Source of the DNA: Patescibacteria group bacterium
Lineage (GTDB): Bacteria > Patescibacteriota > Minisyncoccia > Minisyncoccales > UBA5738
Reading direction: 5' to 3'
NCBI GenBank assembly: GCA_022710775.1
Contig: JAKLGH010000002.1
Location: 12,707 to 76,706 of the forward strand
DNA: 64,000 nucleotides
A program made the position numbers and the translations under genes. Positions 52,445-61,955 of this stretch are shown here, in pieces. Position 1 is the stretch's first letter. Every line of letters starts with the position of its first letter. The notes under the pieces are model-generated. The model was not told the origin of the DNA. It ran no database searches and saw only the letters and a list, made by a program, of their open reading frames with translations.

Positions 52445-53002
52445 ATGAACAATACCGTAACGAGTACCCTGGTTTTTTTTATCGAAGTCGCTAAAATAGT
52501 GATCTTGGCTTTTGCGATAGTAGTACCGATCAGGTATTATTTGTTCCAGCCTTTCGTTATTCAGGGTTCTTCGATGGAGCCGAATTTTCATCAGGCCGAT
52601 TATTTAATTGTCGATGAATTCAGTTACCGTCTGCGGGCTCCGGAGCGCGGCGAGGTTATTGTTTTCAAGTATCCCTTGGATCCCAGCAAAAGGTTCATCA
52701 AGCGGATAATCGGCTTGCCCGGGGAAACCGTGGAAACGGAAGGTGGAAAGGTAATCGTTTATTCAAACGAGCGAAAATTTGTGCTGGACGAATCGGCTTA
52801 TCTGTCCGCTGACCTGAAAGTTCCGGATATGAGTCCGATCACTTTAAAAGACGGCCAATATTTTGTTCTTGGCGATAACCGATCTTATTCTTATGATTCT
52901 CAGGATTGGGGGGAGCTCGCCGCGAGCGATATCATTGGAAAAGTGGCATTTCGGCTTTGGCCGATCAATACCGTTCAGAAAATATCGTCTCCGACTTATT
53001 GA
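52445..53002 (+). CDS. lepB: Signal peptidase I
   Basis: An N-terminal TM segment, then GSSMEPNF (catalytic Ser), RGEVIVFK, KRIIGLPGE and GDNRSYSYDS boxes. Confidence 0.85.
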   Translation: MNNTVTSTLVFFIEVAKIVILAFAIVVPIRYYLFQPFVIQGSSMEPNFHQADYLIVDEFSYRLRAPERGEVIVFKYPLDPSKRFIKRIIGLPGETVETEGGKVIVYSNERKFVLDESAYLSADLKVPDMSPITLKDGQYFVLGDNRSYSYDSQDWGELAASDIIGKVAFRLWPINTVQKISSPTY

Positions 53003-53063
53003 GCGCGCTCGGGGCTTTGCCCCGGAAATCTTAAATCGCGGCAGTAATGCGATCAACCAACGT

Positions 53064-54341
53064 ATGAAAACAAAATTCCAAACGCCGACCGGTATGCACG
53101 ACATATTGCCGATCGATTATAAATATTACGAGAAAGTCCTTGAGACCGGCAAAGAAGTTGCCGAATTTTACAATTTCCAAAGAATCGAAACTCCTATTCT
53201 GGAAATGAGCGAATTATTTGAAAAGGGAACAGGGGAGACCACTGATATCGTCCAGAAACAGATGTACAGCCTGAAAACCCGGGGCGGCGACGCGCTTACC
53301 TTGCGGCCGGAGGGCACTCCGCCGGCGGTGAGGCTTTATCTGGAGCATGGAATGTTCAATTATCCTCAACCGGTGAAGCTATGGTATTACGGACCGTTTT
53401 TCCGCTACGAAAAGCCCCAAGCGGGACGTTACAGGCAGTTTTGGCAGATGGGGTTGGAGGTGATCGGGGAAAAGAATTCAATTATCGATGCCCAAACCAT
53501 TCAAATTTATTACAACATCTTAAAAGAGCTTAAGCTCAATAATTTGATTGTTGAGGTGAATTGCATCGGCGACCAGCTGTGCCGCCCCCATTACCGGAAA
53601 ACGCTCGCGAGCTATTTGCGCAGCAAGGATTCCAATTTATGCGCGGATTGCAAGCGGAGGATCAAAGAGAATCCTTTGAGGATCTTGGATTGCAAGGATG
53701 AAAAATGCCAGGCAGTGAAAGCGCACGCTCCGCAGATGATCGACCATTTATGCGAGGAATGCAAACATCATTTTAAGGAGGTCTTGGAATATTTGGACGA
53801 GATAGGCTTACCGTACCGTTTAAACCCTTATTTGGTCCGCGGTTTGGATTACTATACCAGAACTGTGTTTGAAATATTCCAGGAAGGCAAAGAGGGGCAG
53901 GCCCAGACGGCTCTTGGCGGCGGCGGCAGGTATGATTATCTGATTAAGCTTCTGGGCGGCAAGGAAACGCCGGCTATGGGCGGAAGTTTGGGTGTTGACC
54001 GGGTGGTGCAGGCGATGAAGGAAGCCCAAATTACGATGGATAACGAAAAAAAAGTAAAAGTTTTTTTGGCTCAGCTTGGCTATTTGGGCAAAAAAAAGAG
54101 TCTCAAGCTTTTTGAGGATCTGCGGCGTGCCAATATCCAGGTTGGAGAATCATTTGACCGGGATTCGCTGAAATCGCAGTTAAAGATCGCTGACAAATAC
54201 GGAGCCCAGCTCACGCTGTTTTTGGGGCAGAAAGAGGCGCTGGAAGGCACGGTTTTAATTCGGAACATGGAAACAGGAAGGCAGGAAACCGTAAAGCTGG
54301 AAAACGCGGTAGTTGAGATAAAGAAGCGCCTTAAGAAGTAG
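53064..54341 (+). CDS. hisS: Histidyl-tRNA synthetase
   Basis: The true start is the ATG at 53064 (MKTKFQTPTGMHDILP). Class II motifs are LRPEGT, FRYEKPQAGRYRQF and GGGGRYD. Confidence 0.95.
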   Translation: MKTKFQTPTGMHDILPIDYKYYEKVLETGKEVAEFYNFQRIETPILEMSELFEKGTGETTDIVQKQMYSLKTRGGDALTLRPEGTPPAVRLYLEHGMFNYPQPVKLWYYGPFFRYEKPQAGRYRQFWQMGLEVIGEKNSIIDAQTIQIYYNILKELKLNNLIVEVNCIGDQLCRPHYRKTLASYLRSKDSNLCADCKRRIKENPLRILDCKDEKCQAVKAHAPQMIDHLCEECKHHFKEVLEYLDEIGLPYRLNPYLVRGLDYYTRTVFEIFQEGKEGQAQTALGGGGRYDYLIKLLGGKETPAMGGSLGVDRVVQAMKEAQITMDNEKKVKVFLAQLGYLGKKKSLKLFEDLRRANIQVGESFDRDSLKSQLKIADKYGAQLTLFLGQKEALEGTVLIRNMETGRQETVKLENAVVEIKKRLKK

Positions 54342-54397
54342 GCGCTTCTTTCGCAAGCGAAAAAAAACGTCTTAAGAAGTAAACACTTCTTTCGCAA
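54329..54397 (+). repeat. Tandem duplication (period 41 nt) of a stem-loop at the hisS 3' end
   Basis: cttaagaagtaGGCGcttctttcgcaa (54330-54356) and cttaagaagtaAACActtctttcgcaa (54371-54397). Each forms AAGAAG-loop-CTTCTT, and the first contains the hisS stop codon. Confidence 0.7.
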
Positions 54398-54488
54398 AAG
54401 CAGCGTCGGGAGCAGGGCGGCAAGTTGACTTTTGGCGAATTTAGAGTAAACTCATAAATTGCGCGTAAAAATTAATTGCAAAGATAAT

Positions 54489-54704
54489 ATGGCGTTAGAA
54501 ATAAGAAAAAAACAAAAAGAAAACATCCAGGGGATGGTCAGGCGTTTTCAGAAAGCGGTCCAGCAGGCCGGGATTTTGCTTCAGGTCAGAAAAAAGCAAT
54601 TCGTAAAAAAGCAGAAATCCGAGAATATGAAGAAAAAATCCGCTTTAAGGCGCGTTGAGACCAAGAAAAAATACGAAGCTTTGCGAAAACTGAAGAAGAT
54701 CTAA
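54489..54704 (+). CDS. rpsU: 30S ribosomal protein S21
   Basis: The start is at the ATG at 54489. The 71-aa basic protein reads MALEIRKKQKENIQGMVRRFQKAVQQAGIL... Confidence 0.85.
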   Translation: MALEIRKKQKENIQGMVRRFQKAVQQAGILLQVRKKQFVKKQKSENMKKKSALRRVETKKKYEALRKLKKI

Positions 54705-54709
54705 CCAAG

Positions 54710-55195
54710 ATGCCGGCGCTAAAAGAAAAAATCCAACAGGATCTAAAAGCGGCAATGATAGGAAAACAAGATACAGTGGTATCTGTTTTGCGTTTGCTTA
54801 CCGCCGCCATCTTGAACAAAGAAAAAGACAAACAATATAAATTAAGCAAAGAAACGGGCGAGGCGAAAAAACCGGAATTGGGCGACGAAGAGATATTGGA
54901 CGTTATAGCAGGCGAATTAAAGAAAATGAGGGATGCGCTCGCGCTTTTTGAAAAAGGCGGCCGGAAGGATTTAGCTGCGCAATTCGAAGCCGAGATGGCG
55001 ATTTTAAAGAATTACCTGCCCGATCAATTATCCGAGGAGGCGGTTAAAAGCTTGGTTGCCGAGGCGGTTGAAAAGACGGGTGCCCAAAGTATTAAGGATA
55101 TGGGCAAGGTGATGGCCGAATTGATGCCAAAAGTGCGAGGAAAGGCGGATAGCGGATTAGTGAGCTCCTTGGTCAAAGAAATATTGGCCAAATAG
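54710..55195 (+). CDS. yqeY: GatB/YqeY domain protein
   Basis: LKEKIQQDLKAAMIGKQDTVVSVLRLL...GKVM..L N- and C-terminal YqeY pattern. Confidence 0.8.
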   Translation: MPALKEKIQQDLKAAMIGKQDTVVSVLRLLTAAILNKEKDKQYKLSKETGEAKKPELGDEEILDVIAGELKKMRDALALFEKGGRKDLAAQFEAEMAILKNYLPDQLSEEAVKSLVAEAVEKTGAQSIKDMGKVMAELMPKVRGKADSGLVSSLVKEILAK

Positions 55196-55226
55196 GGCGT
55201 TCTACAAATCGATGATTTTTTTACGG

Positions 55227-55247
55227 ACGGGGAAACCCGTTTTTTTA
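55227..55247 (+). terminator. Rho-independent terminator
   Basis: acggg-gaaa-cccgt followed by T7. Confidence 0.65.
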
Positions 55248-55646
55248 GTCGGGAAATTCAGTTGCCGGAATGATCCGAGGCTTTTTGGCGGGGCATATGT
55301 TATAATATACCAATGCGGTTTAGTGGCCGGGTAGTGATACGGGAATGCGCGGAAGGCTGAACGGCAAGGAAATAATATTTTTTGAAATTATATGAACGGT
55401 CAGAGCCTAAAAACAAAAACCTGCCCTTGTCGGTTTATGCTGGCTATTTTTTTAGCTTTGACCGTTTTTGCGGCACTTATCGTATTTTTTAAACGCTGAT
55501 TAAATTATCGGCCTTTGGACCCTTTTTGGGAATTAATTAACAAGGGCTCGCAAGAGAACATTTTTCGGTTTCCGCCGAAGCCGAACCTCTGAAGGCGGGA
55601 TCACGAAATTAAAGAAATATAATTTTGACCCGAACCAAGAATTCCA

Positions 55647-56297
55647 ATGGCATTTTTTGCGTTAAAAACATTTGTAAGTAAATTGGCCGGCAGACGGACG
55701 CGGATGATTTTTTGGATGATTTTTTTTGCTATGGTCGCGGCCGGGGGTTATTTTTCTTGGAATTTCATCGAAGCCGAGCCGATAGAAGCCGAAGATGAGA
55801 TTAAAAAATGGAAGGTTTTATCCGAGGATCGTTTCGGTTTAAATATGGATTATCCGTCAAATTGGGATATCCGGCAGGATTATGACAAATACGCGGCAGG
55901 ATTGATGAATGTTGACCTTAACAATAAAAAAAACGGCTCCGGAGCCGAATGCGGATCCCGATACGTCGATCTTAGGATTTTTATCGGAAACAAGCCCGAG
56001 AGCGGTGCAGAAAATTCCGGAAGCGATCTTTTAAGCCAGCTTTATCGGGAAATCGAAATGATCAAGAATTCCGGGAATGATGATTTGGTGGAAAGCATGA
56101 AGATAGAAGGGAAAAGCGCTTTCAAGATCAAATCGGATGCCCCAACGCTTTCGTTGAACGGGCGTTGTCCCGGCCCGCTTTATCTTGTGGATACAAAGAA
56201 CTCATTCATTTATATATTTGCCGGAACGGGAAGCGAGGCCAGAGAAACCGGAGAGAAGGCGGTTGAGAAGATTATTGCCTCGATCAATATTGATTAG
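55647..56297 (+). CDS. Secreted/membrane-anchored protein, paralog 1 of a tandem family
   Basis: An N-terminal TM segment (IFWMIFFAMVAAGGYF), then KKWKVLSEDRFGLNMDYPSNW, the family's W-x-x-(Y/L)-x-x-x-x-(Y/F)G(F/L)-x-x-x-(Y/F)P box. Confidence 0.65.
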   Translation: MAFFALKTFVSKLAGRRTRMIFWMIFFAMVAAGGYFSWNFIEAEPIEAEDEIKKWKVLSEDRFGLNMDYPSNWDIRQDYDKYAAGLMNVDLNNKKNGSGAECGSRYVDLRIFIGNKPESGAENSGSDLLSQLYREIEMIKNSGNDDLVESMKIEGKSAFKIKSDAPTLSLNGRCPGPLYLVDTKNSFIYIFAGTGSEARETGEKAVEKIIASINID

Positions 56298-56538
56298 GCG
56301 ATTCAGAGCCGAAATTGCGCCGGTTCTATGGCCTATGCTCGATTGAAACAGTTTATCTTTACGGAATGGATCAATGCGGGGAAGATCGTTAAAATCATGC
56401 TCCTAACAGCTAGGCAATTCCGATGGCGGACGGCAGCTTTCAAGTTGCCGGCATTTCAATTAAAATATAACAATAGAGAAAAAATCAATAATCAAATCCC
56501 GAATATTTTATTGGGGAAAATTAAAAAAAATAAAAAAA

Positions 56539-57102
56539 ATGAAAAATCAAAGCGGAATTTCGACGTTGGCAGTAGTTATTATCATAGTATTGATCATTTT
56601 AACTGCGGTTGTGGCACTTTTTGTTTTCGGCAATTTAAACAAGGCCGATGATAAAACAGGCGGCGAATTGCGGATAAAAGATGCCAAAAATTCCGCGACC
56701 GAATGGAATGTTTACCGGAACGACCAATTCGGTTTTGAGTTCAAGTTTCCCGGAAACGCGACGGTTAACGATGCTTACCTCGACAACAAGTATGCTTTCG
56801 CGGTTGGAGTCACTTCGAAAAATTGGAATGACGGCGTTGTGGCTGTAATTAACCACGGGAATGTCGGAACCATGACGTTTTCAGAATTTGTGGCTAAAGA
56901 CCTCCAGGACCAGGGAGATTCCGGCGCGTCGGTAAAAGAAGTTAAATTCAACGGTTATGATAGCGTTTTCGTGAGTGGAAAGAATAAATCAGGCTATTAT
57001 TTGTTGCGCAAACTCGATGTTTACGAAGTGTCTAAAACTTCCCCGGTTACGGCCGACGAGGCTGACAAGATATTTGCCTCGTTTAAATTCATCGAACAGT
57101 AA
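56539..57102 (+). CDS. Secreted protein, paralog 2; class III (prepilin-like) signal-like N-terminus
   Basis: MKNQSG/ISTLAVVIIIVLIILTAVV N-terminus, the EWNVYRNDQFGFEFKFP box, and the C-terminal IFASFKFIEQ. Confidence 0.7.
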   Translation: MKNQSGISTLAVVIIIVLIILTAVVALFVFGNLNKADDKTGGELRIKDAKNSATEWNVYRNDQFGFEFKFPGNATVNDAYLDNKYAFAVGVTSKNWNDGVVAVINHGNVGTMTFSEFVAKDLQDQGDSGASVKEVKFNGYDSVFVSGKNKSGYYLLRKLDVYEVSKTSPVTADEADKIFASFKFIEQ

Positions 57103-57148
57103 AGATTGAATGCCTCGCGCAAGCGGGGCATTTTAATTAAACATTAAT

Positions 57149-57787
57149 ATGAATTTCAAATTAAATAATCAGGAAGGCTTGTCGCCAGCTTTTGTTTTAA
57201 TTACGGCAGCGGCTATGATTTCTTTGACCGGTTTCACGATCAAATACGTAAATGACAGCCAGAAAGAAATAGACGATGAAATATCTTATCAGGAAGACCT
57301 GATCGCAAAAAGCAATGTGGATATCATCAAGGAAAGCGCGGCCAAAGAAAAGAGTGGCGAGACGGATAAAACCGCGGATTGGCAAACGTACCGGAACGAG
57401 GAGTACGGGTTTGAGCTTAAGTATCCGAAAGAGTGGGCAATAGCTAAAAACAGCGAGGAAATTGTGTCGATTGGCGATCAAGCTTCGAATTCCGGATTTC
57501 ACATCGAGGCTTTACCGAACAAGGGAAAATTACCGTTTGACCAATGGTATAAGCAAGAAGTGTCTAGCGGAAATAACACCGGATACGAATCTAAAAAAGT
57601 AATTATCAATGGGAGCGAAGCAGAAGTATTTGATACGGTTTTTCACGCGATTAACACGCATAGCGTTGAAGGCCTGGAAGCATATTTAGCCGGCCAGGAT
57701 GATATAATCCACATAGTTGCCGGCGGCCATGGAACAAAAACCATCTTCGACCAAATGCTTTCCACATTCAAGTTGATCGAACAATAA
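57149..57787 (+). CDS. Secreted protein, paralog 3; class III (prepilin-like) signal-like N-terminus
   Basis: MNFKLNNQEG/LSPAFVLITAAAMISLTG N-terminus, the DWQTYRNEEYGFELKYP box, and the C-terminal MLSTFKLIEQ. Confidence 0.7.
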   Translation: MNFKLNNQEGLSPAFVLITAAAMISLTGFTIKYVNDSQKEIDDEISYQEDLIAKSNVDIIKESAAKEKSGETDKTADWQTYRNEEYGFELKYPKEWAIAKNSEEIVSIGDQASNSGFHIEALPNKGKLPFDQWYKQEVSSGNNTGYESKKVIINGSEAEVFDTVFHAINTHSVEGLEAYLAGQDDIIHIVAGGHGTKTIFDQMLSTFKLIEQ

Positions 57788-57829
57788 GATTAGCAAACCC
57801 TCGCTTAAGGTGGGGGTTTTATCAATAAT

Positions 57830-59068
57830 ATGTTCCAACTAACTAACCAAAAGGGAGTTTCGCCGGTTTTTGCCCTGTTGACGATCGTGGCCGCGCTTTC
57901 GGTGACCGGTTTTACGATCAAATACGTAGATGACGGCCAGAGGGAGGTAGATGAAGAAATAGCCCGCCAGGAAGACCTGACCGCAAAAAGCAATGTGGAC
58001 ATCATCAGGAAGGACGCGGCTAGGGAGAAGCAGGGAGGAGAAGGAGAAATCGCTGATTGGCTGACCTATCGCAACGAGGAATATGGATTTGAGATAAAGT
58101 ATCCCGTTGGATTTATCTTCGAAGAAGCAAAATATCCGGCCCAATTTAATCAAACAATAACAAGAAAAGAAATCAGTTTTTATTCCCCGGGAGAATTGAA
58201 AGGGGAGGAAAGGTCTGCGTTGGCTCTGATAATTGATAAAGAACCGACAACATATGCGTTTCATGGGACGTGGGCTGTTCTTCCGTATTCAAAAGCGGAC
58301 AGTATAAAAATGCTTCGATCGCAAGAAATCAATATAAACAATGCTCTTTTCAGCAAAGATTATTGGACGGAGGCAATTTCCGCTCATACGAAAAAAGACC
58401 AATATTATTACTCGCTTGTTTTAGGAATCGATAGCCAAGATAACAGGAATCAGAAAACAGAAATTTTTGGCCAGATTCTTTCCACCTTTAAATTTATTGA
58501 TCCGAGCGTTCAGGCAACAAGCTGGACGGATTGTTATTTTGATCCGGTTTCTAATTTTCCTGGTGATAAGCGCAGTTTATTATGCGCTAACGGCCAGGAT
58601 AAGAAGACGGTTATTATCGATGTAAATGATTGGTTGGGTTGGGACACAGAAAAATTTTTCCCTTTGAAGGTTGTATTTTATCCGAAAACCCAGGAAATTT
58701 TTTTCGTTAAATATTATATAGACAGTGATGTATCGCTTGGTTTTTTTGCCCTGAATACTGGTACTTTAGAAATTAGAGAGTTGCCTAACGCGGGGCGCAT
58801 ATACCAGAATTACAATAATTACTTTAGTATCATCTCTCCCGATCGTGGCAGAATCGCATCGATTGGCAATGCTGATATTTATCTATTGGATCTCGCGTCG
58901 GATGGAACACAAGTGATTATTACCGCAAAGCAGGGCGAAATATTCAATCCTGCTGGCGGACAGAAAAATTCCAAATGGTTTGACGATAAAACATTGCAAT
59001 ACGAGGTTTATCGGGAAGGAGGCATGGAAAACCCTCCACAAATCAGAAAGATTACGGTCAATTACTAG
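57830..59068 (+). CDS. Secreted protein, paralog 4 with an extra C-terminal domain; class III (prepilin-like) signal-like N-terminus
   Basis: MFQLTNQKG/VSPVFALLTIVAALSVTG N-terminus, the DWLTYRNEEYGFEIKYP box, and an internal ILSTFKFIDP followed by about 190 additional aa. Confidence 0.7.
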   Translation: MFQLTNQKGVSPVFALLTIVAALSVTGFTIKYVDDGQREVDEEIARQEDLTAKSNVDIIRKDAAREKQGGEGEIADWLTYRNEEYGFEIKYPVGFIFEEAKYPAQFNQTITRKEISFYSPGELKGEERSALALIIDKEPTTYAFHGTWAVLPYSKADSIKMLRSQEININNALFSKDYWTEAISAHTKKDQYYYSLVLGIDSQDNRNQKTEIFGQILSTFKFIDPSVQATSWTDCYFDPVSNFPGDKRSLLCANGQDKKTVIIDVNDWLGWDTEKFFPLKVVFYPKTQEIFFVKYYIDSDVSLGFFALNTGTLEIRELPNAGRIYQNYNNYFSIISPDRGRIASIGNADIYLLDLASDGTQVIITAKQGEIFNPAGGQKNSKWFDDKTLQYEVYREGGMENPPQIRKITVNY

Positions 59069-59245
59069 ACTATGGCGCGCGGTCTTTCCAATGATATGAT
59101 TTTCATTTGCTTTAAAGTCGGCGGTTTGATAAAATTATACATTTAGGGAAGACTTTTTCGAGTTTCAACACTTAGTAGTTTTTTTATTGGAAGTATGATT
59201 TAAATTTGTTCGGGTAAACGATTCCCGCATTGCGGGTTTTCTGAA

Positions 59246-59725
59246 ATGAACATTGTAACTGAAATTGCCAATAAGACCGCCGCAAGGATCGATAAAAATT
59301 TTATTAAAAAAATTGTAGCCGCGGTTTTATCGGAAGAATTAGCCGGATTTGCGGCCAAAGAGATCGAAGTATCAATAGCTTTTGTCGGTTCTGCAAAGAT
59401 GAAGAGTTTGAACAAGGCTTTTCGAAAGATCGATGCGGCGACCGATATCCTGTCTTTTTGCGAAGAAGAATTCCTGGGCAGATTAAAAAAAGGAATTTTA
59501 AACGAAAGCGAATTCTTGGGAGAGCTGGTAATCGACATCGGCCAGGTTAAAAAGGACGCATTGGCCGCGAATATCGCGGCTCAAGAAGAGCTGTCCTGGG
59601 TGGTCATCCACGGAGCTCTGCATTTATTAGGCTATGACCACGAGAACGGCGAATCAGCAGCCGCTAAAATGCGGCAAAAAGAGGGGTACTATCTAAAAAC
59701 TTGTAACCCGTTTAAATCCAAATAG
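59246..59725 (+). CDS. ybeY: rRNA maturation RNase YbeY
   Basis: The zinc-binding motif HGALHLLGYDHE. Confidence 0.85.
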   Translation: MNIVTEIANKTAARIDKNFIKKIVAAVLSEELAGFAAKEIEVSIAFVGSAKMKSLNKAFRKIDAATDILSFCEEEFLGRLKKGILNESEFLGELVIDIGQVKKDALAANIAAQEELSWVVIHGALHLLGYDHENGESAAAKMRQKEGYYLKTCNPFKSK

Positions 59726-59733
59726 TCAATCCT

Positions 59734-60954
59734 ATGGCAAAATCCCCGCTTATTACCGGTTTGGACATTGGCACCAGCACAATCAAGATTCTGGTTGCCG
59801 TAAAAAAACCGCAGTCAAGCGATTTGGAAGTATTGTATGCCGGCCAAAAACCCTCGTTCGGAGTGAGGCGCGGCGTGATCGTCGATGCCGAAGAAGTCGC
59901 CCGATGCGTCAAGAGCGCGGTCAAGGACGCTGAGTTGGGAGTAGGGCAGGAGATAGATTCATTTTACGTTAATATCGGAGGCAGCCATATTTTTTGCGCG
60001 ATGTCCCATGGGTTGGTATCGGTATCGCGGGCCGACCAAAAAATTTCCGAAGAGGATATCAACCGTGTTTTACTTGCCGCTCAGACGATATCGCTGTCTT
60101 CAAACAAGGAAATCGTCGATGTTTATCCCCGGGAATTCATTGTTGACGGCGAGGGCGGGGTGAAAGACGCCACCGGGATGCAGGGAGTGAGGCTTGAGGT
60201 GGAAGTTTTGCTGGTCGCCGGATTCTCTCCTTATTTGAGGAACCTCGACCAGGCGGTTCTGAAATCCGATTATAGAATTATGCACCGCTTGCCATCGGTC
60301 ATCGCGGATGCCAAATCGGTTTTATCGGCCCAGCAGAAAGAATTGGGCGTGGCAATTTTGGATATCGGTGCCGGAACGTCAAGCCTCGCGGTTTACGAAG
60401 AAGGAGATCTTATCCATTTGGCGGTTTTGCCCATCGGTTCATCCAATATTACCAATGACATTGCCATCGGGTTGAAGACCGATGTCGAGGTCGCGGAGAA
60501 GATCAAGATCGAAAAAGGAACATGTTCTTCCAAGTCCGGTACGAAAAAATTGAAAGCGGTCGCGGAAAAAGAGGATGGCCCGGTTTTTTCCCAGAAGATA
60601 CTCTCCAAGATCGTCCAGGACCGGGTATTGGAAATTTTTGACCTGGTGAACAAGGAGCTGAAAAAGATTGGACGCGACAAAAAACTGCCGTCCGGGATTG
60701 TTCTCTGCGGGGGCGGTGCCAAGTTGCCGAAGATCGAAGAGCTGGCCAAGAAAGAATTCAAACTGACCTCAAAGATCGGAGTACCCAGAGGTTTTGCCAA
60801 TATCGAAGGCGATCCGGCGTTCGCGACGGTTTGCGGGCTGGCGCTTGAAGGCGCGGATCTGGAGGAGTACGGACAAAAAGGGGAGGAATCCGGTTCGTTG
60901 GTGAAGGGAGCGGGAGGAGCAATAGTAAAATTCATAAAAAATCTTATTCCATGA
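59734..60954 (+). CDS. ftsA: Cell division protein FtsA
   Basis: Actin-like DIGTSTIK and LDIGAGTS motifs, with a C-terminal amphipathic helix (GAIVKFIKNLIP). Confidence 0.9.
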   Translation: MAKSPLITGLDIGTSTIKILVAVKKPQSSDLEVLYAGQKPSFGVRRGVIVDAEEVARCVKSAVKDAELGVGQEIDSFYVNIGGSHIFCAMSHGLVSVSRADQKISEEDINRVLLAAQTISLSSNKEIVDVYPREFIVDGEGGVKDATGMQGVRLEVEVLLVAGFSPYLRNLDQAVLKSDYRIMHRLPSVIADAKSVLSAQQKELGVAILDIGAGTSSLAVYEEGDLIHLAVLPIGSSNITNDIAIGLKTDVEVAEKIKIEKGTCSSKSGTKKLKAVAEKEDGPVFSQKILSKIVQDRVLEIFDLVNKELKKIGRDKKLPSGIVLCGGGAKLPKIEELAKKEFKLTSKIGVPRGFANIEGDPAFATVCGLALEGADLEEYGQKGEESGSLVKGAGGAIVKFIKNLIP

Positions 60955-61880
60955 ACAGTCCGGTAAAAATAAAAGTCATCGGCGTAGGCGGTTCGGGTTG
61001 CAACGCGATTTCCAGAATGGAGAAATACAAGATCAAAGGCGTTGAGCTGATTGCCGCCAATTCCGATTTCCAGGATTTAAAAAGAGCCAAGGCCAATGTT
61101 AAGATCCAGATCGGCCGGCAGATCACCCAGGGGCTGGGAACGGGAATGAACCCGGAAATCGGAAAAAAAGCGGCCGAAGAACAGCGCCAGGAGATCGAAG
61201 CGGCTTTAAAGGACGCAGGCATGATCTTTATCGCTTGCGGTCTGGGCGGTGGAACGGGTTCGGGGGCTTCGCCGGTAGTGGCCGAGATAGCCAAAAGCTT
61301 GGGTGCCATAACGGTAGCTGTTGTAACACGCCCTTTTACTTTTGAGGGATCATGGCGGCAAAAGATCGCGCAGGAGTCGATGAACGACCTGAAAGACAAG
61401 GTTGATTCTTTGATCTCGGTTTCCAACGATAAATTGTTGACGACGCTTAATCCGAACACAACATTGCTTAACGCTTTTTGGATTTGCGACGAGATTTTAA
61501 GGCAGGCAGTCCAGAGCATTTCCGACCTTGTGCTTTTTCCCGGCATCATTAACGTGGATTTTGCGGATGTAAAATCGGTCTTGAAAAATTCAGGAAGGGC
61601 GATTTTTGGCATCGGGCGGGCGAAAGGCGAGAAGCGGGCCGAGAAAGCGGCGTTAGCCGCGATCGAGTCGCCGCTATTTGATGCGCCGGCCCGGGGCGCC
61701 AAAGGGGTGCTTTTCAATATTTCGGGCGGGTTGGATATTTCACTTTCGGAAATTGAAGAAGCGGCCAGGATCATTACCCAAGAGATCAATCCGCAGGCCA
61801 AGGTGATCTTTGGCGCGGTTCAGGACCAGACTTTGCCCAAAGAGGAGATCAAGATCACGGTGATCGCGACCGGATTTTAA
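60951..61880 (+). CDS. ftsZ: Cell division protein FtsZ (core only, 309 aa)
   Basis: GVGGSGCNAI and the GLGGGTGSGASPV (T4 tubulin signature). The protein ends at ..KITVIATGF, with no linker or C-terminal peptide. Its start overlaps the ftsA stop by 4 nt. Confidence 0.95.
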   Translation: MNSPVKIKVIGVGGSGCNAISRMEKYKIKGVELIAANSDFQDLKRAKANVKIQIGRQITQGLGTGMNPEIGKKAAEEQRQEIEAALKDAGMIFIACGLGGGTGSGASPVVAEIAKSLGAITVAVVTRPFTFEGSWRQKIAQESMNDLKDKVDSLISVSNDKLLTTLNPNTTLLNAFWICDEILRQAVQSISDLVLFPGIINVDFADVKSVLKNSGRAIFGIGRAKGEKRAEKAALAAIESPLFDAPARGAKGVLFNISGGLDISLSEIEEAARIITQEINPQAKVIFGAVQDQTLPKEEIKITVIATGF

Positions 61881-61908
61881 AAGGGATCGATAATTAAGAT
61901 CGTGTTTT

Positions 61909-61932
61909 AAGCGGAGGGAGGCCGCTTTTTTT
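61909..61932 (+). terminator. Rho-independent terminator after ftsZ
   Basis: aagcgg-agggagg-ccgctt followed by a T-run. Confidence 0.65.
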
Positions 61933-61955
61933 GTTTTTTTAGCAAAAAAAAAGAA

